Made by a program: the position numbers and the translations under genes | Origin: Curvibacter sp. | Lineage (GTDB): Bacteria > Pseudomonadota > Gammaproteobacteria > Burkholderiales > Burkholderiaceae_C | Length of the DNA stretch: 64,000 nt | Direction of reading: 5' to 3' | Assembly (NCBI GenBank): GCA_019233055.1 | Contig: JAFAMV010000162.1 | Coordinates: 3,306-67,305, forward strand | Notes under the pieces: generated by a model | What the model was told of the DNA's origin: nothing | The model's database searches: none | What the model saw: only the letters and a program-made list of their open reading frames with translations | In this document: positions 29,520 through 38,921 of the stretch, piece by piece | Layout: every line of letters starts with the position of its first letter | Numbering within the stretch: position 1 is the stretch's first letter

Positions 29520-30416
29520 ATGCACCACCCTGACGCCCTGATCCTGGACAACCGTGCCCTCGGCGGCCACCTGCGCTGCGAGGTCAGGCCCGATCTGGGG
29601 GCCTGCCTGGCCGGCCTGTGGTGGCGTGAGCTGCCGGTGCTGCGCCTGCCGCCGACCGCCGGGCTGGACAACGCCCGCCATTCCGGCAGCTATCCGCTGG
29701 TGCCCTTCAGCAACCGGGTCGGCCATGCGCTGCTGCACTGGCAGGGCACGGGCCACCCGCTGGTGCAGAACAATGCCCCGGAACCCCATGCCATCCACGG
29801 TGTCGGCTGGCAGCGCCCCTGGACGGTGCTCGAGCACCGCCCGGATCAGCTCATGCTGGCCTTCGAGCATGCCGCAGATGCCGCCTGGCCCTTCGCCTTC
29901 GATGCCTCGCAGATCATCGGGCTGCAGGGCGACACCCTGGTGCTGCAGCTGTCCATGACCAACCAGGCCCCGGTGGCGGTGCCGGCAGGCCTGGGCTGGC
30001 ACCCCTGGTTCATCAAACGGCCCGGCAGCCACATCGCCTTCGAAGCCGGTGCCCGCTGGGAGATGGGCCCCGACAAGCTGCCCACCCACCGCACGCCATC
30101 CACCGGACTGCATGCCGATTGCGCCGGGCTCGACGTGGACCATTGCTTCGAAGGCTGGGACGGCGACCTCCTCCTGCGCGACCCGGTGCTGAGCGTGCGT
30201 GTGCGCAGCCGCACCCCCTACCTGGTGGTCTGCACCCAGCCCGGACGCGACGCCATCGCCATCGAACCGGTCAGCCACGCCAACAACGCGGTCAACCTGC
30301 AACACGCCCTGGGCCTCGACCCCCGACAACTGGGCATGCGCACCCTGGCCCCGGGCGAGTCCATGAGCCTGGCGATGAGCATCGAGATCCACAACGACGA
30401 AGGAGACACCCCATGA
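29520..30416 (+). CDS. aldose 1-epimerase family protein
   Basis: YPLVPFSNRV...HG.GW...W...GWHPWF...EP motifs of the mutarotase superfamily. Start at the internal ATG at 29520. Confidence 0.7.
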   Translation: MHHPDALILDNRALGGHLRCEVRPDLGACLAGLWWRELPVLRLPPTAGLDNARHSGSYPLVPFSNRVGHALLHWQGTGHPLVQNNAPEPHAIHGVGWQRPWTVLEHRPDQLMLAFEHAADAAWPFAFDASQIIGLQGDTLVLQLSMTNQAPVAVPAGLGWHPWFIKRPGSHIAFEAGARWEMGPDKLPTHRTPSTGLHADCAGLDVDHCFEGWDGDLLLRDPVLSVRVRSRTPYLVVCTQPGRDAIAIEPVSHANNAVNLQHALGLDPRQLGMRTLAPGESMSLAMSIEIHNDEGDTP

Positions 30417-31354
30417 GCACCGTGCTGAAGCTGGACTGGCAGGTCGTGGCGCCCGAGCGCAGCCTGCTCGGCGAGTCGCCGTTCTGGCACCCGCAGGAGC
30501 AGGCGCTGTACTGGGTCGACATCCCGGGCCGCGAGATCCTGCGCCATGGCGCGCACGGGCTGGAGCGCTGGGCCATGCCCTCCGAGCCGGGCTGCATCGC
30601 CCCGGCGCGCCAGGGTGGCCTGGTCATCGCCCTGCGCGACGGCGTGTACCGTGCGCCCAACTGGGGAGGCGGGCTGGACTGCCTGGCCCGCTTCAGCCAC
30701 GACCCCGCCACCACCCGCTTCAACGACGGCAAATGCGACCCCTTGGGCCGCTTCTGGGCCGGCACCATGTACGAGCCGCGCGACCGGCGTCTGGGCGAGC
30801 TGTTCTGCATCGACGCGCGTGGCGACGGCAAGCCCGAGATCAGCCTCAAGGCCATCAACAACGTGATCTCCAACGGCCTGGCCTGGTCGCCCGATGCGCG
30901 CACCCTGTATTGGGCCGACACCATGCACCACCGCATCCATGCCTGGGACTGGGACGCCGCCAGCGGCGCCCTGAGCCACCACCGGCCCTGGTTGCAGCTG
31001 CCCGGCAAGCCGGCCGGCTTCCGCTCCGACGACCTCGAGGCGGCCTCGCGCTACGGCGGCCGGCCCGACGGCGCGGCCGTCGATGCCCAAGGCCGCTACT
31101 GGAGCGCCCAGTTCGAGGGCGGCCGCCTGCTGTGCCTGTCCCCCACCGGCGACCTGGTGGCCGAGGTGCCGCTGCCGGCACGCTGCCCCACCATGCCCTG
31201 CTTCGGCGGCCCGGATGGCCGCACCCTGTACGTCACCACCGCCTCGCACGGCCGGCCACAAGGCGAGCTGGAACGCTGGCCCGACAACGGCCGGGTGCTC
31301 GCCGCCCGTGTCGAGGTGCCGGGTCTGCCGGTCAACTTCTTCGAAGGCCGTTGA
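30413..31354 (+). CDS. SMP-30/gluconolactonase/LRE family protein
   Basis: LGESPFWHPQEQALYWVDI...FNDGKCDPLGRFWAGTM...NGLAWSPD..TLYWADT...PDGAAVD..G..W...CFGGPD..TLYVTTA. The ATGA overlaps the epimerase stop. Confidence 0.88.
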   Translation: MSTVLKLDWQVVAPERSLLGESPFWHPQEQALYWVDIPGREILRHGAHGLERWAMPSEPGCIAPARQGGLVIALRDGVYRAPNWGGGLDCLARFSHDPATTRFNDGKCDPLGRFWAGTMYEPRDRRLGELFCIDARGDGKPEISLKAINNVISNGLAWSPDARTLYWADTMHHRIHAWDWDAASGALSHHRPWLQLPGKPAGFRSDDLEAASRYGGRPDGAAVDAQGRYWSAQFEGGRLLCLSPTGDLVAEVPLPARCPTMPCFGGPDGRTLYVTTASHGRPQGELERWPDNGRVLAARVEVPGLPVNFFEGR

Positions 31355-31457
31355 GGCGGCGCCGGGCCGCGCCGTCAAATTTCTGCATGCCCGGGCGTCA
31401 AAAAAATCAAGCCCGGGGGCTGGGCAGCCGGAGGGCGCTGCCGCTACCATCGTCAGG

Positions 31458-32528
31458 ATGCAGACCGCCCTCACCTCGATGATCGAGCGCATCCGCGCCG
31501 CCGCCGACGCTGCCACCCCCCTGCGCATCCGGGGCGGCGGCACCAAGGATTTCTATGGCCAGGCCTTGCACGGCCAGATTCTCGACACCACCGCACTGGC
31601 CGGCATCAGTGCCTACGAGCCCAGCGAACTGGTGATCACCGCCGGGGCGGGCACGCGCCTGGCCGACATCGAGGCGGCGCTGGCCGGGCGCGGCCAGTGC
31701 CTGCCCTTCGAGCCCCCGCATTTCGGTGCCGGCGCCACCCTGGGCGGCATGGTGGCGGCCGGCCTGGCCGGCCCGGCCCGGGCCAGCGTGGGCAGCGTGC
31801 GCGACTATGTGCTGGGCCTGGAACTGGTCAACGGCCGGGGCGAGGCCCTGAGCTTCGGCGGCCAGGTCATGAAGAATGTCGCGGGCTACGACGTGTCGCG
31901 CCTGCTGGCCGGTTCGCTGGGCACGCTGGGCCTGATCACCTCGGTCTCGCTCAAGGTGCTGCCCCTGCCGGTGGCCGAAGCCAGCCTGCGCTTCGAGGCC
32001 GCCGAGGCCGACGCCCTGACGCGCTTGCAGACCTGGGCCGCCCAGCCCCTGCCGCTGAACGCCTCCTGCTGGCACGACGGCCAACTCACCCTGCGCCTGC
32101 GGGGGGCCCGCGCTGCGGTCGACGCCGCCTGCCGCAAGCTCGGCGGCGATCTCCTCGATCCATCCCAGGCCCAGGCTTTCTGGCAGTCGCTGCGCGAACA
32201 GAGCCATGCCTTCTTCGATCTCGACAGGCACGAGAGCCTGTGGCGGCTGTCGGTGCCCGACACCGCCGCGCCGCTGCAGCTCGGCCAGAGCCTGATCGAA
32301 TGGGGCGGCGCCCAGCGCTGGCTCAAGGCCCCTTCCGACCAGCTCAAGCGCCTGCGCCACCATGCGGTCAGCGCGGGCGGCCACGCCACCCGCTTCCGCG
32401 GACCCGATGCCCTGCAAGAGGTGTTCACCCCGCTGTCGGCCCCGCTCGAGCGCATCCAGCGCGGCCTCAAGCAGCAGTTCGACCCGGTCGGCATCTTCGG
32501 CCACGGCCGCCTCTACCGCGGCTGGTGA
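31458..32528 (+). CDS. glcE: glycolate oxidase FAD-binding subunit
   Basis: PLRIRGGGTKDFYG...YEPSELVITAGAGTRLADIEAAL...KNVAGYDVSRLLAGSLGTLGLI. Start at the ATG at 31458. Confidence 0.85.
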   Translation: MQTALTSMIERIRAAADAATPLRIRGGGTKDFYGQALHGQILDTTALAGISAYEPSELVITAGAGTRLADIEAALAGRGQCLPFEPPHFGAGATLGGMVAAGLAGPARASVGSVRDYVLGLELVNGRGEALSFGGQVMKNVAGYDVSRLLAGSLGTLGLITSVSLKVLPLPVAEASLRFEAAEADALTRLQTWAAQPLPLNASCWHDGQLTLRLRGARAAVDAACRKLGGDLLDPSQAQAFWQSLREQSHAFFDLDRHESLWRLSVPDTAAPLQLGQSLIEWGGAQRWLKAPSDQLKRLRHHAVSAGGHATRFRGPDALQEVFTPLSAPLERIQRGLKQQFDPVGIFGHGRLYRGW

Positions 32529-32540
32529 CGCCGCCCGACC

Positions 32541-33320
32541 ATGCGACGCCTGCGCCACCTTGCCAGCCAGCACCGCACGCCGGCCACCAACCGGATGCTC
32601 GGCTTCCTGCTGGCCTTCAATGCCGGTGCCATCAACGCCGGCGGCTTTCTGGTGGTGGGCCTGTACACCTCGCACATGTCGGGCTTTGTCTCCATGCTGG
32701 CCGACAACCTGGTGCTGGGCCATCTGGTGCTGGTGCTGACCTCGGTCGGGGTGCTGCTGTCCTTCACCAGCGGCGCGGCCCTGACCGCCATCCTGGTGAA
32801 CTGGGCGCGGGTGCACCACCTGCGCAGCGGCTATGCCATCCCCTTGCTGCTCGAGGCCCTGCTGATGCTGGTCTTCGGCGTCATCGGCGGCACGCTGAAC
32901 CGCCAGACCCCGTTCGCAGTGCCGGGCACCGTGCTGCTGCTGGCCTTCATCATGGGGCTGCAGAACGCGCTGGTGACCAAGATCTCCTCGGCCACCATCC
33001 GCACCACCCACATGACCGGCATCGTCACCGACCTGGGCATCGAGCTGGGCAAGATGCTGTACTGGAACGGCCGCGAAACCGGCGCCCAGGGCGGCGTGTA
33101 TGCCAACCCGGTGCGGCTCAAGCTGTTCGCCTCGCTGCTGGGCCTGTTCACCGTGGGCGGGGTGGTGGGCGCGGCGGGTTTCAAGCACATCGGCTTCGTC
33201 TGGGTGCTGCCCCTGGCCATGGTGCTGCTGTCCCTGTCCCTGCCACCGCTGGTGGCTGATTTCCGGCGCATCGTGCGCCTGCTCGGTGCACGCGCCCCCC
33301 TCTCGCCGAACACCGACTGA
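32541..33320 (+). CDS. YoaK/DUF1275 family membrane protein
   Basis: LLAFNAGAINAGGFLVVGLYTSHMSG...TTHMTGIVTDLGIELG is the typical DUF1275 pattern. The gene is inserted between glcE and glcF. Confidence 0.75.
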   Translation: MRRLRHLASQHRTPATNRMLGFLLAFNAGAINAGGFLVVGLYTSHMSGFVSMLADNLVLGHLVLVLTSVGVLLSFTSGAALTAILVNWARVHHLRSGYAIPLLLEALLMLVFGVIGGTLNRQTPFAVPGTVLLLAFIMGLQNALVTKISSATIRTTHMTGIVTDLGIELGKMLYWNGRETGAQGGVYANPVRLKLFASLLGLFTVGGVVGAAGFKHIGFVWVLPLAMVLLSLSLPPLVADFRRIVRLLGARAPLSPNTD

Positions 33321-33353
33321 GCCCCTGTCCCACCTTCCGTTGACCGTCCCACC

Positions 33354-34583
33354 ATGCAAACCCATCTCGCCCCCCCCTACCAGGACAGCCCGCAGGGCCG
33401 CGAGGCCGAGGCCATCCTGCGCAAATGCGTGCACTGCGGCTTCTGCACCGCCACCTGCCCGACCTACCAGCTGCTGGGCGACGAGCTCGACGGCCCGCGC
33501 GGGCGCATCTACCTGATCAAGCAGGTGCTCGAGGGCCAGGCCCCGACACGCAAGACCCAGCTGCACCTGGACCGCTGCCTGACCTGCCGCAACTGCGAAT
33601 CGACCTGCCCGAGCGGCGTGCAGTACGGCCACCTGGTCGACATCGGGCGCCAGATCGTCGAGGAGCAGGTGCCGCGCCCGGCGGGCGAGCGCGCGCTGCG
33701 CTGGCTGCTCAAGGAGGGCCTGCCTTCGCCTCTGTTCGCGCCGGCCCTGAAGCTCGGCCAGGCGGTGCGCGGCGCGCTGCCGCCCAAGCTGCGCGCCAAG
33801 GTGCCGCTGCCCCAGCAAGCCGGCCGTCGACCCGAGGCCCGGCACGCACGCCGCATGCTGATGCTCGAGGGCTGCGTGCAGCCGGCCCTCTCGCCCAACA
33901 TCAACAACGCCACCGCCCGGGTGCTCGATGCCGCCGGCATCAGCCTGCTGCCGGTGCCGCAGGCCGGCTGCTGTGGCGCGGTGAAATTCCACCTCAACGA
34001 CCAGGGCGGCGGCCTGACCCAGATGCGCGCCAACGTCGACGCCTGGTGGCCGCTGCTCAGCTCCGGCCAGGCCGAATGCCTGGTGATGAATGCCTCGGGC
34101 TGCGGCGTCACGGTCAAGGAATACGGCCACCTGCTCAAGGACGACCCGGCCTATGCCGACCGGGCCCGCCTGGTCAGCGAGCGCACCCGCGACCTCAGCG
34201 AGCTGCTGCCCGAGCTGGTGCCGCTGCTCAAGCCGCGCCTGCAGGAGGTGCCTCGCAGCAAGCTCGCCTACCACCCGCCCTGCACCCTGCAGCACGGGCA
34301 GAAGCTGCGCGGCGGCGTCGAAGCCGGCCTGCGCGAGCTGGGCTTCGACGTCCATCTGGCCTGCAACGAGGCCCATCTGTGCTGCGGCTCGGCCGGCACC
34401 TACTCGGTGCTCAACCCCGACATCTCCTACGAGCTGCGCGACCGCAAGATCGGCCACCTCGAAGCCCTGCAGCCCGAGGGCATCGTCAGCGCCAACATCG
34501 GCTGCATCACCCACCTGCAAAGCGGCACCGCCACGCCGGTGCGCCACTGGGTCGAGGTGCTCGACGAGGCCCTGGCCGACTGA
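33354..34583 (+). CDS. glcF: glycolate oxidase iron-sulfur subunit
   Basis: Two ferredoxin-like clusters, CVHCGFCTATCPTY and CLTCRNCESTCPSG, plus C-terminal CCG repeats (CCGAV, CCGSAG). Confidence 0.92.
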   Translation: MQTHLAPPYQDSPQGREAEAILRKCVHCGFCTATCPTYQLLGDELDGPRGRIYLIKQVLEGQAPTRKTQLHLDRCLTCRNCESTCPSGVQYGHLVDIGRQIVEEQVPRPAGERALRWLLKEGLPSPLFAPALKLGQAVRGALPPKLRAKVPLPQQAGRRPEARHARRMLMLEGCVQPALSPNINNATARVLDAAGISLLPVPQAGCCGAVKFHLNDQGGGLTQMRANVDAWWPLLSSGQAECLVMNASGCGVTVKEYGHLLKDDPAYADRARLVSERTRDLSELLPELVPLLKPRLQEVPRSKLAYHPPCTLQHGQKLRGGVEAGLRELGFDVHLACNEAHLCCGSAGTYSVLNPDISYELRDRKIGHLEALQPEGIVSANIGCITHLQSGTATPVRHWVEVLDEALAD

Positions 34584-34661
34584 CCACAGGGCGGCGGCGG
34601 CCCCGCCGCCCGCCAAGGCTGGCATGATGGAGGGTTTGACCCTCCAACCGACCGTCACGCC

Positions 34662-35471
34662 ATGACCGAGCCCGTGTCCGAAAAAGAACAGAATCCCGCC
34701 GCCGAACGCCCTGCCGAGCCAGCCGGCGAAGTGCCACAACAGACCGCAGCCCCGCGCCAGGAACCGAACGCCCGTGGCCCGCGCCCGGCCCGCGGACGTC
34801 GCGGCGGCGCCCGCCGCCCACGCGAGGCAGCGGCGGCCACCGCCGCCGCACCCCAGGCCGAGGCGCAGGCGCCGCGTGCGCCGCGCAGCCACCCGGTGCT
34901 CGAGCAACTGGCCGGCCTGTACCCGGCGCTGTTCGGCGAGAACTTCCTGCCGCTCAAGCGCGGCATCTTCCAGGACCTGCTGGAGGCGCACCCCGAGCTG
35001 TTCGATCGCGAATCGCTGAAGGCTGCCCTGGCCCTGCACACCCGCTCCAGCCGCTACCTGAGCGCCCTGGCCTCCGGCCAGCAGCGCCACGACCTGCAGG
35101 CGCAGGCGGTCGAGGCGCTGGCGCCCGAGCATGTGCACCATGCCCTGCTCGAGGTCTTCCGCCGCCGCCAGCAACGCAGCCCCGAAGACCTCGGCGCCAA
35201 GCTGCGCCGCCGCATCGTGCTGGCCTTCGAAGCCTCGGGCCTCAGCCGCGAGGCCTATGCCGAGCGGGTACGCAGCCGCGACGAGGCCGCCAACGCGGTG
35301 CTCGACGCAGCCCTGGCCGAGGTCGCCGAGCAGGCCGCCCGCGACGAGGCGAGGCTGCGCGCCTTCGAGGCCAGCGGCCAGACCCTGGAAGCCTTTGCCG
35401 ACATGTACGGGCTGGACCCGCGCGACACCGCGCGCACCCTGGAGCGTGCCCGCCAACGGCGCGGGCGTTGA
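34662..35471 (+). CDS. ProQ/FinO-family RNA-binding protein with Arg/Ala/Pro-rich N-terminal extension
   Basis: HPVLEQLAGLYPALFGENFLPLKRGIFQDLL...ALHTRSSRYL resembles the FinO/ProQ N-terminal domain core. Confidence 0.75.
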   Translation: MTEPVSEKEQNPAAERPAEPAGEVPQQTAAPRQEPNARGPRPARGRRGGARRPREAAAATAAAPQAEAQAPRAPRSHPVLEQLAGLYPALFGENFLPLKRGIFQDLLEAHPELFDRESLKAALALHTRSSRYLSALASGQQRHDLQAQAVEALAPEHVHHALLEVFRRRQQRSPEDLGAKLRRRIVLAFEASGLSREAYAERVRSRDEAANAVLDAALAEVAEQAARDEARLRAFEASGQTLEAFADMYGLDPRDTARTLERARQRRGR

Positions 35472-35547
35472 AGCGAGGCTGCTGACACCCCGTTGTCAGC
35501 AGCCCCCCGGCAGCATGGAGCCCTGTCCATTCCAACAGGAGCTTTTC

Positions 35548-35946
35548 ATGTCTGCCACCCCTGCACCGGCGCTGCGCGCCATCAACTGGTTCGAGATCCC
35601 CTGCACCGACCTGGCCCGCGCCCAGGCCTTCTACGAAACCGTGCTGGGCCGCCCGCTGCTGCGCCGCGACGACATGGGCGGCGACCCCATCGCGGTCTTC
35701 AGCTACAGCCTGCCGGCCACCGGCGGCTGCCTGATCTGCGGACCGGGCCGCCACCCGAGCGCCGACCACGGCACCCGCATCTACCTCGACTGCGCGCCCG
35801 GCCTCGACACCGCCGTGTCGCGTGTCGCGGCGGCCGGCGGGCGGGTGATCGACGCCTGCATCGAGCTGCCGCAGGACATCGGCTTCATCGCCAATGTGCT
35901 CGACACCGAAGGCAATACCGTGGGCCTGCACGCCCGCAGCCGCTGA
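35548..35946 (+). CDS. VOC (glyoxalase/bleomycin-resistance) family protein
   Basis: INWFEIPCTDLARAQAFYETVLG...DTEGNTVGLH is the typical single-domain VOC pattern. Start at the ATG at 35548. Confidence 0.8.
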   Translation: MSATPAPALRAINWFEIPCTDLARAQAFYETVLGRPLLRRDDMGGDPIAVFSYSLPATGGCLICGPGRHPSADHGTRIYLDCAPGLDTAVSRVAAAGGRVIDACIELPQDIGFIANVLDTEGNTVGLHARSR

Positions 35947-36428
35947 TGCAGCCCGATCTGTTCGAGCGGCCGGCCGCCCCGGCCCGCAACTGGGTGGCCG
36001 TGGCCTGTGCCGAACATGCGCGCCGCGGCCGCGAACACCAGCCCCTGGGCTTCATGCAGGTCTGCCACGGCCGCCTGGCGCCGCTCAGGCGCCTGCGCCC
36101 CGGCGACCGCGTCGCCTACTACGCGCCATCGACACGCTCCGGCGAGGTCGACGGCCTGCGCAGCTGGGTCTCGCTCGGCCGGGTCGCGCCAGGTCTGCCC
36201 TATGCCTTCGACATGGGGGGCGGCTTCGTGCCCCACCGGCGCGATGTCCGCTACGATCTGAGCAGCCGCGAAATCCCCATCGCCCCGCTGCTGGACCGGC
36301 TCGAGTTCATCGAGGACCGCCGACACTGGGGCCAGCGCTTTCGCTTCGGCCTGTTCGAGATCGGCGACCACGACATGCGCCTGATCGCCGACGCCATGGC
36401 AGCCGACCTGTCGGCGCTCGGCTTCTGA
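35946..36428 (+). CDS. EVE (PUA-like) domain protein
   Basis: RNWVAVACAEHARRGREHQPLGFMQVCHGRLAPLRRLRPGDRVAYYAP matches the bacterial roughly 150-aa EVE-domain family. Its ATG overlaps the VOC stop (TGATG). Confidence 0.65.
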   Translation: MQPDLFERPAAPARNWVAVACAEHARRGREHQPLGFMQVCHGRLAPLRRLRPGDRVAYYAPSTRSGEVDGLRSWVSLGRVAPGLPYAFDMGGGFVPHRRDVRYDLSSREIPIAPLLDRLEFIEDRRHWGQRFRFGLFEIGDHDMRLIADAMAADLSALGF

Positions 36429-36446
36429 ACCCACAAGGACCCACCC

Positions 36447-37154
36447 ATGCGCCGTGCCGACCGACTGTTCCAGATCGTCCAGCTGGTGCGAGGACGCCGG
36501 CTCAGCACCGCCGCCTTCCTCGCCGGGCGGCTGGAGGTGTCCGAGCGCACCATCTACCGCGACATCGCCGACCTGCAGCACCAGGGGGTGCCGCTGGAAG
36601 GCGAGGCCGGCGTGGGCTACCGCCTGGGCAAAGGCTTCGAGCTGCCGCCGCTGATGTTCAGCCAGGGCGAGGCCGGTGCCCTGGTGGCGGCGGTGCGCCT
36701 GGCCCAGGCCTGGCTGGACCCCGCCCTGGCCCACCAGGCCGAGCTGGCCCTGGGCAAGGTGCTGTCGGTGCTGCCCGGCGCGGCCCGGGTGGCGGCCGAG
36801 GCGCAGATCCTGTATGCGCCCGCCGTGGGCCTGGCGCCCGAGGTGCAGCAGACCCTGCAGACCCTGCGCGAGGCCGCCCAGGGACGGCGCAAGGTCCGCG
36901 TCCAGTACCTCTCGCTGGAAGAGCAGCCATCGGAGCGGGTGCTGCGGCCGCTGGGTTGCTTCTACTGGGGCCGGGTCTGGACCCTGGCCGCCTGGTGCGA
37001 GACCCGGACCGCCTTCCGCAGCTTCCGCCTGGACCGCATCCAGGAACTGGCGATGCTGGACGAGCGCTTTGCCGACGAGCCGGGCAAGACCCTGGCCGAT
37101 CTGTTCCGCCAGATCGAGGCCGGGCGCGGCGCCTGCGCCGGCCTCACGCGCTGA
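36447..37154 (+). CDS. YafY-family transcriptional regulator (HTH + WYL domain)
   Basis: MRRADRLFQIVQLVRGRRLSTAAFLAGRLEVSERTIYRDIADLQHQGVPLEGEAGVGYRL, then RVLRPLGCFYWGRVWTLAAWCE..FRSFRLDRI (WYL-type). Confidence 0.9.
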   Translation: MRRADRLFQIVQLVRGRRLSTAAFLAGRLEVSERTIYRDIADLQHQGVPLEGEAGVGYRLGKGFELPPLMFSQGEAGALVAAVRLAQAWLDPALAHQAELALGKVLSVLPGAARVAAEAQILYAPAVGLAPEVQQTLQTLREAAQGRRKVRVQYLSLEEQPSERVLRPLGCFYWGRVWTLAAWCETRTAFRSFRLDRIQELAMLDERFADEPGKTLADLFRQIEAGRGACAGLTR

Positions 37155-37184
37155 AGGCGGCGCGGCGAGACCGTGAGCAGGTTG

Positions 37185-38804
37185 TCAGTGCCGGCTCAGG
37201 CGACGCGCCGACGCGGCGCGGGCCGGGACCGGGGTCTGCGCCGTGCCGGACTCGGCCTCGAGCCGGAACACCGCCAGGGCCTCGCGCAGCACCGCCACCT
37301 GGGAGGCCATGGCCGAAGTGGCGGCACTGGCCTGCTCCACCATGGCGGCGTTCTGCTGCGTCATGCCGTCCATCTGCGAGACCGCCCGGTTCACCTCTTC
37401 GATGCCGGCGGTCTGCTGCAGATTGGCCTCGGCAATGCCCTCCATGAGGCCGGTGATGCGGTGCACCGATTCCACCACCTCGCCCATGGTCTTGCCGGCC
37501 TGCTCGACCAGCTCGGAGCCGGCGTTGACCTCGTCCACCGATTCGCTGATCAGGGTCTTGATCTCCTTGGCCGCCGCCGCGCTGCGGCCGGCCAGCGCGC
37601 GCACCTCGGCGGCCACCACCGCGAAGCCCCGGCCCTGCTCACCGGCCCGTGCCGCCTCGACGGCGGCGTTGAGCGCGAGGATGTTGGTCTGGAAGGCGAT
37701 GCCGTCGATGACGCCGATGATCTCGTTGATCTTGCGCGAACTGGCGCTGATGGACCGCATGGTCTGCACCACCCGGTCCACCGCCTCGCCGCCCTGCACG
37801 GCGGTGCGGGCCGTGCCCGACACATACTCGGCGGCCTGGCGCGCGTTGTCGGCGTTCTGCCGCACGGTGGCGGTCAGCTGCTCCATGCTCGAGGCGGTCT
37901 GTTGCAGCGACGAGGCCTGCTGCTCGGTGCGGCTCGACAGGTCGCCGTTGCCCTGGGCGATCTCGGCGGCAGCGTGCGCAATGGTGCCGGTGGCCTGCTG
38001 GATGCGGGTCAGGATGCCCGAGAGCTGGTCGCGCATGAAACCGATGGCGTACAGCAGACTGAGCCGGTCGCCCGGGCGCACCGCCACCCGGGTCTGCAGA
38101 TCGCCTTCGGCGATGCGCAGCGCCAGCGCGGCGGCGACGCCGGGTTCACCGCCCACCGCACGCTCGATGTCGCGCACGACCCAGAAGGTCAGGCCCGAGA
38201 TCAGCAGGCCGAGCAGGGCCAGCAGCCCGATCGAGCGGTACAGCGCGATGTGGAAGCTCTGCTCGATGTCGTCGACATAGTCGCCCGCGACCAGATCGAG
38301 GTTCCAGGGCCGGAAGCGAATCACATAGCCCATCTTCGGGCTGGGCTGGTCGCTGCCCGGGCGCGGCCACCAGTAGTCGACGAAGCCGCGGCCGGCGGCC
38401 GAGCTGCCGACCGCCGCGATGTCGACATACAAGGCGTTGCCCTTGGCGTCCTTGAAGCCCAGCATGTTCTTGCCATTGAGATCAGGCTTGATCGGGTGCA
38501 TGGCGATCACCGAGTCGGCGCCGATCACGGTGACATAGCCGTCCTTGCCGTAGCGCTGCGACGCCAGCCGCGCGAAGGCGGCGCTGCGCGCCTCCTCGAC
38601 CGAGAGCTTGCCGGCCTGGGCCTGCTTTTCATAGTCGGCCAGCACGGTCAGCGCCATGTCGGTGATGTCGGAGAGCGCCGAGCGGCGCGCCTCGTACTGG
38701 AGCTGGCGGGTCTGCCAGGCGTTCGCCAGGGTCAGGGCCAGCAGGCCCAGCCAGGCCAGGAGAAGGGGCAGCCAGAGCTTCTGGCGCAAGGTGAGCTTGT
38801 TCAT
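37185..38804 (-). CDS. methyl-accepting chemotaxis protein with periplasmic single-Cache-like sensor
   Basis: The N-terminal periplasmic block (GKDGYVTVIGADSVIAMHP...GFVDYWWPRPG) is sCache_2-like. It also has HAMP and the conserved [37 protein letters not shown]. Confidence 0.9.
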   Translation of the reverse strand: MNKLTLRQKLWLPLLLAWLGLLALTLANAWQTRQLQYEARRSALSDITDMALTVLADYEKQAQAGKLSVEEARSAAFARLASQRYGKDGYVTVIGADSVIAMHPIKPDLNGKNMLGFKDAKGNALYVDIAAVGSSAAGRGFVDYWWPRPGSDQPSPKMGYVIRFRPWNLDLVAGDYVDDIEQSFHIALYRSIGLLALLGLLISGLTFWVVRDIERAVGGEPGVAAALALRIAEGDLQTRVAVRPGDRLSLLYAIGFMRDQLSGILTRIQQATGTIAHAAAEIAQGNGDLSSRTEQQASSLQQTASSMEQLTATVRQNADNARQAAEYVSGTARTAVQGGEAVDRVVQTMRSISASSRKINEIIGVIDGIAFQTNILALNAAVEAARAGEQGRGFAVVAAEVRALAGRSAAAAKEIKTLISESVDEVNAGSELVEQAGKTMGEVVESVHRITGLMEGIAEANLQQTAGIEEVNRAVSQMDGMTQQNAAMVEQASAATSAMASQVAVLREALAVFRLEAESGTAQTPVPARAASARRLSRH

Positions 38805-38921
38805 GAGGGCATCCCAGGAAAAAAGGATTCAACCAGAAACACTCGACGGTTCGATGAAACCCCGCTGGGGATCCGGAGCCTTTTCCAGGCTTCTTCGGGA
38901 TCCTACTCCTCCCTGGACCGA

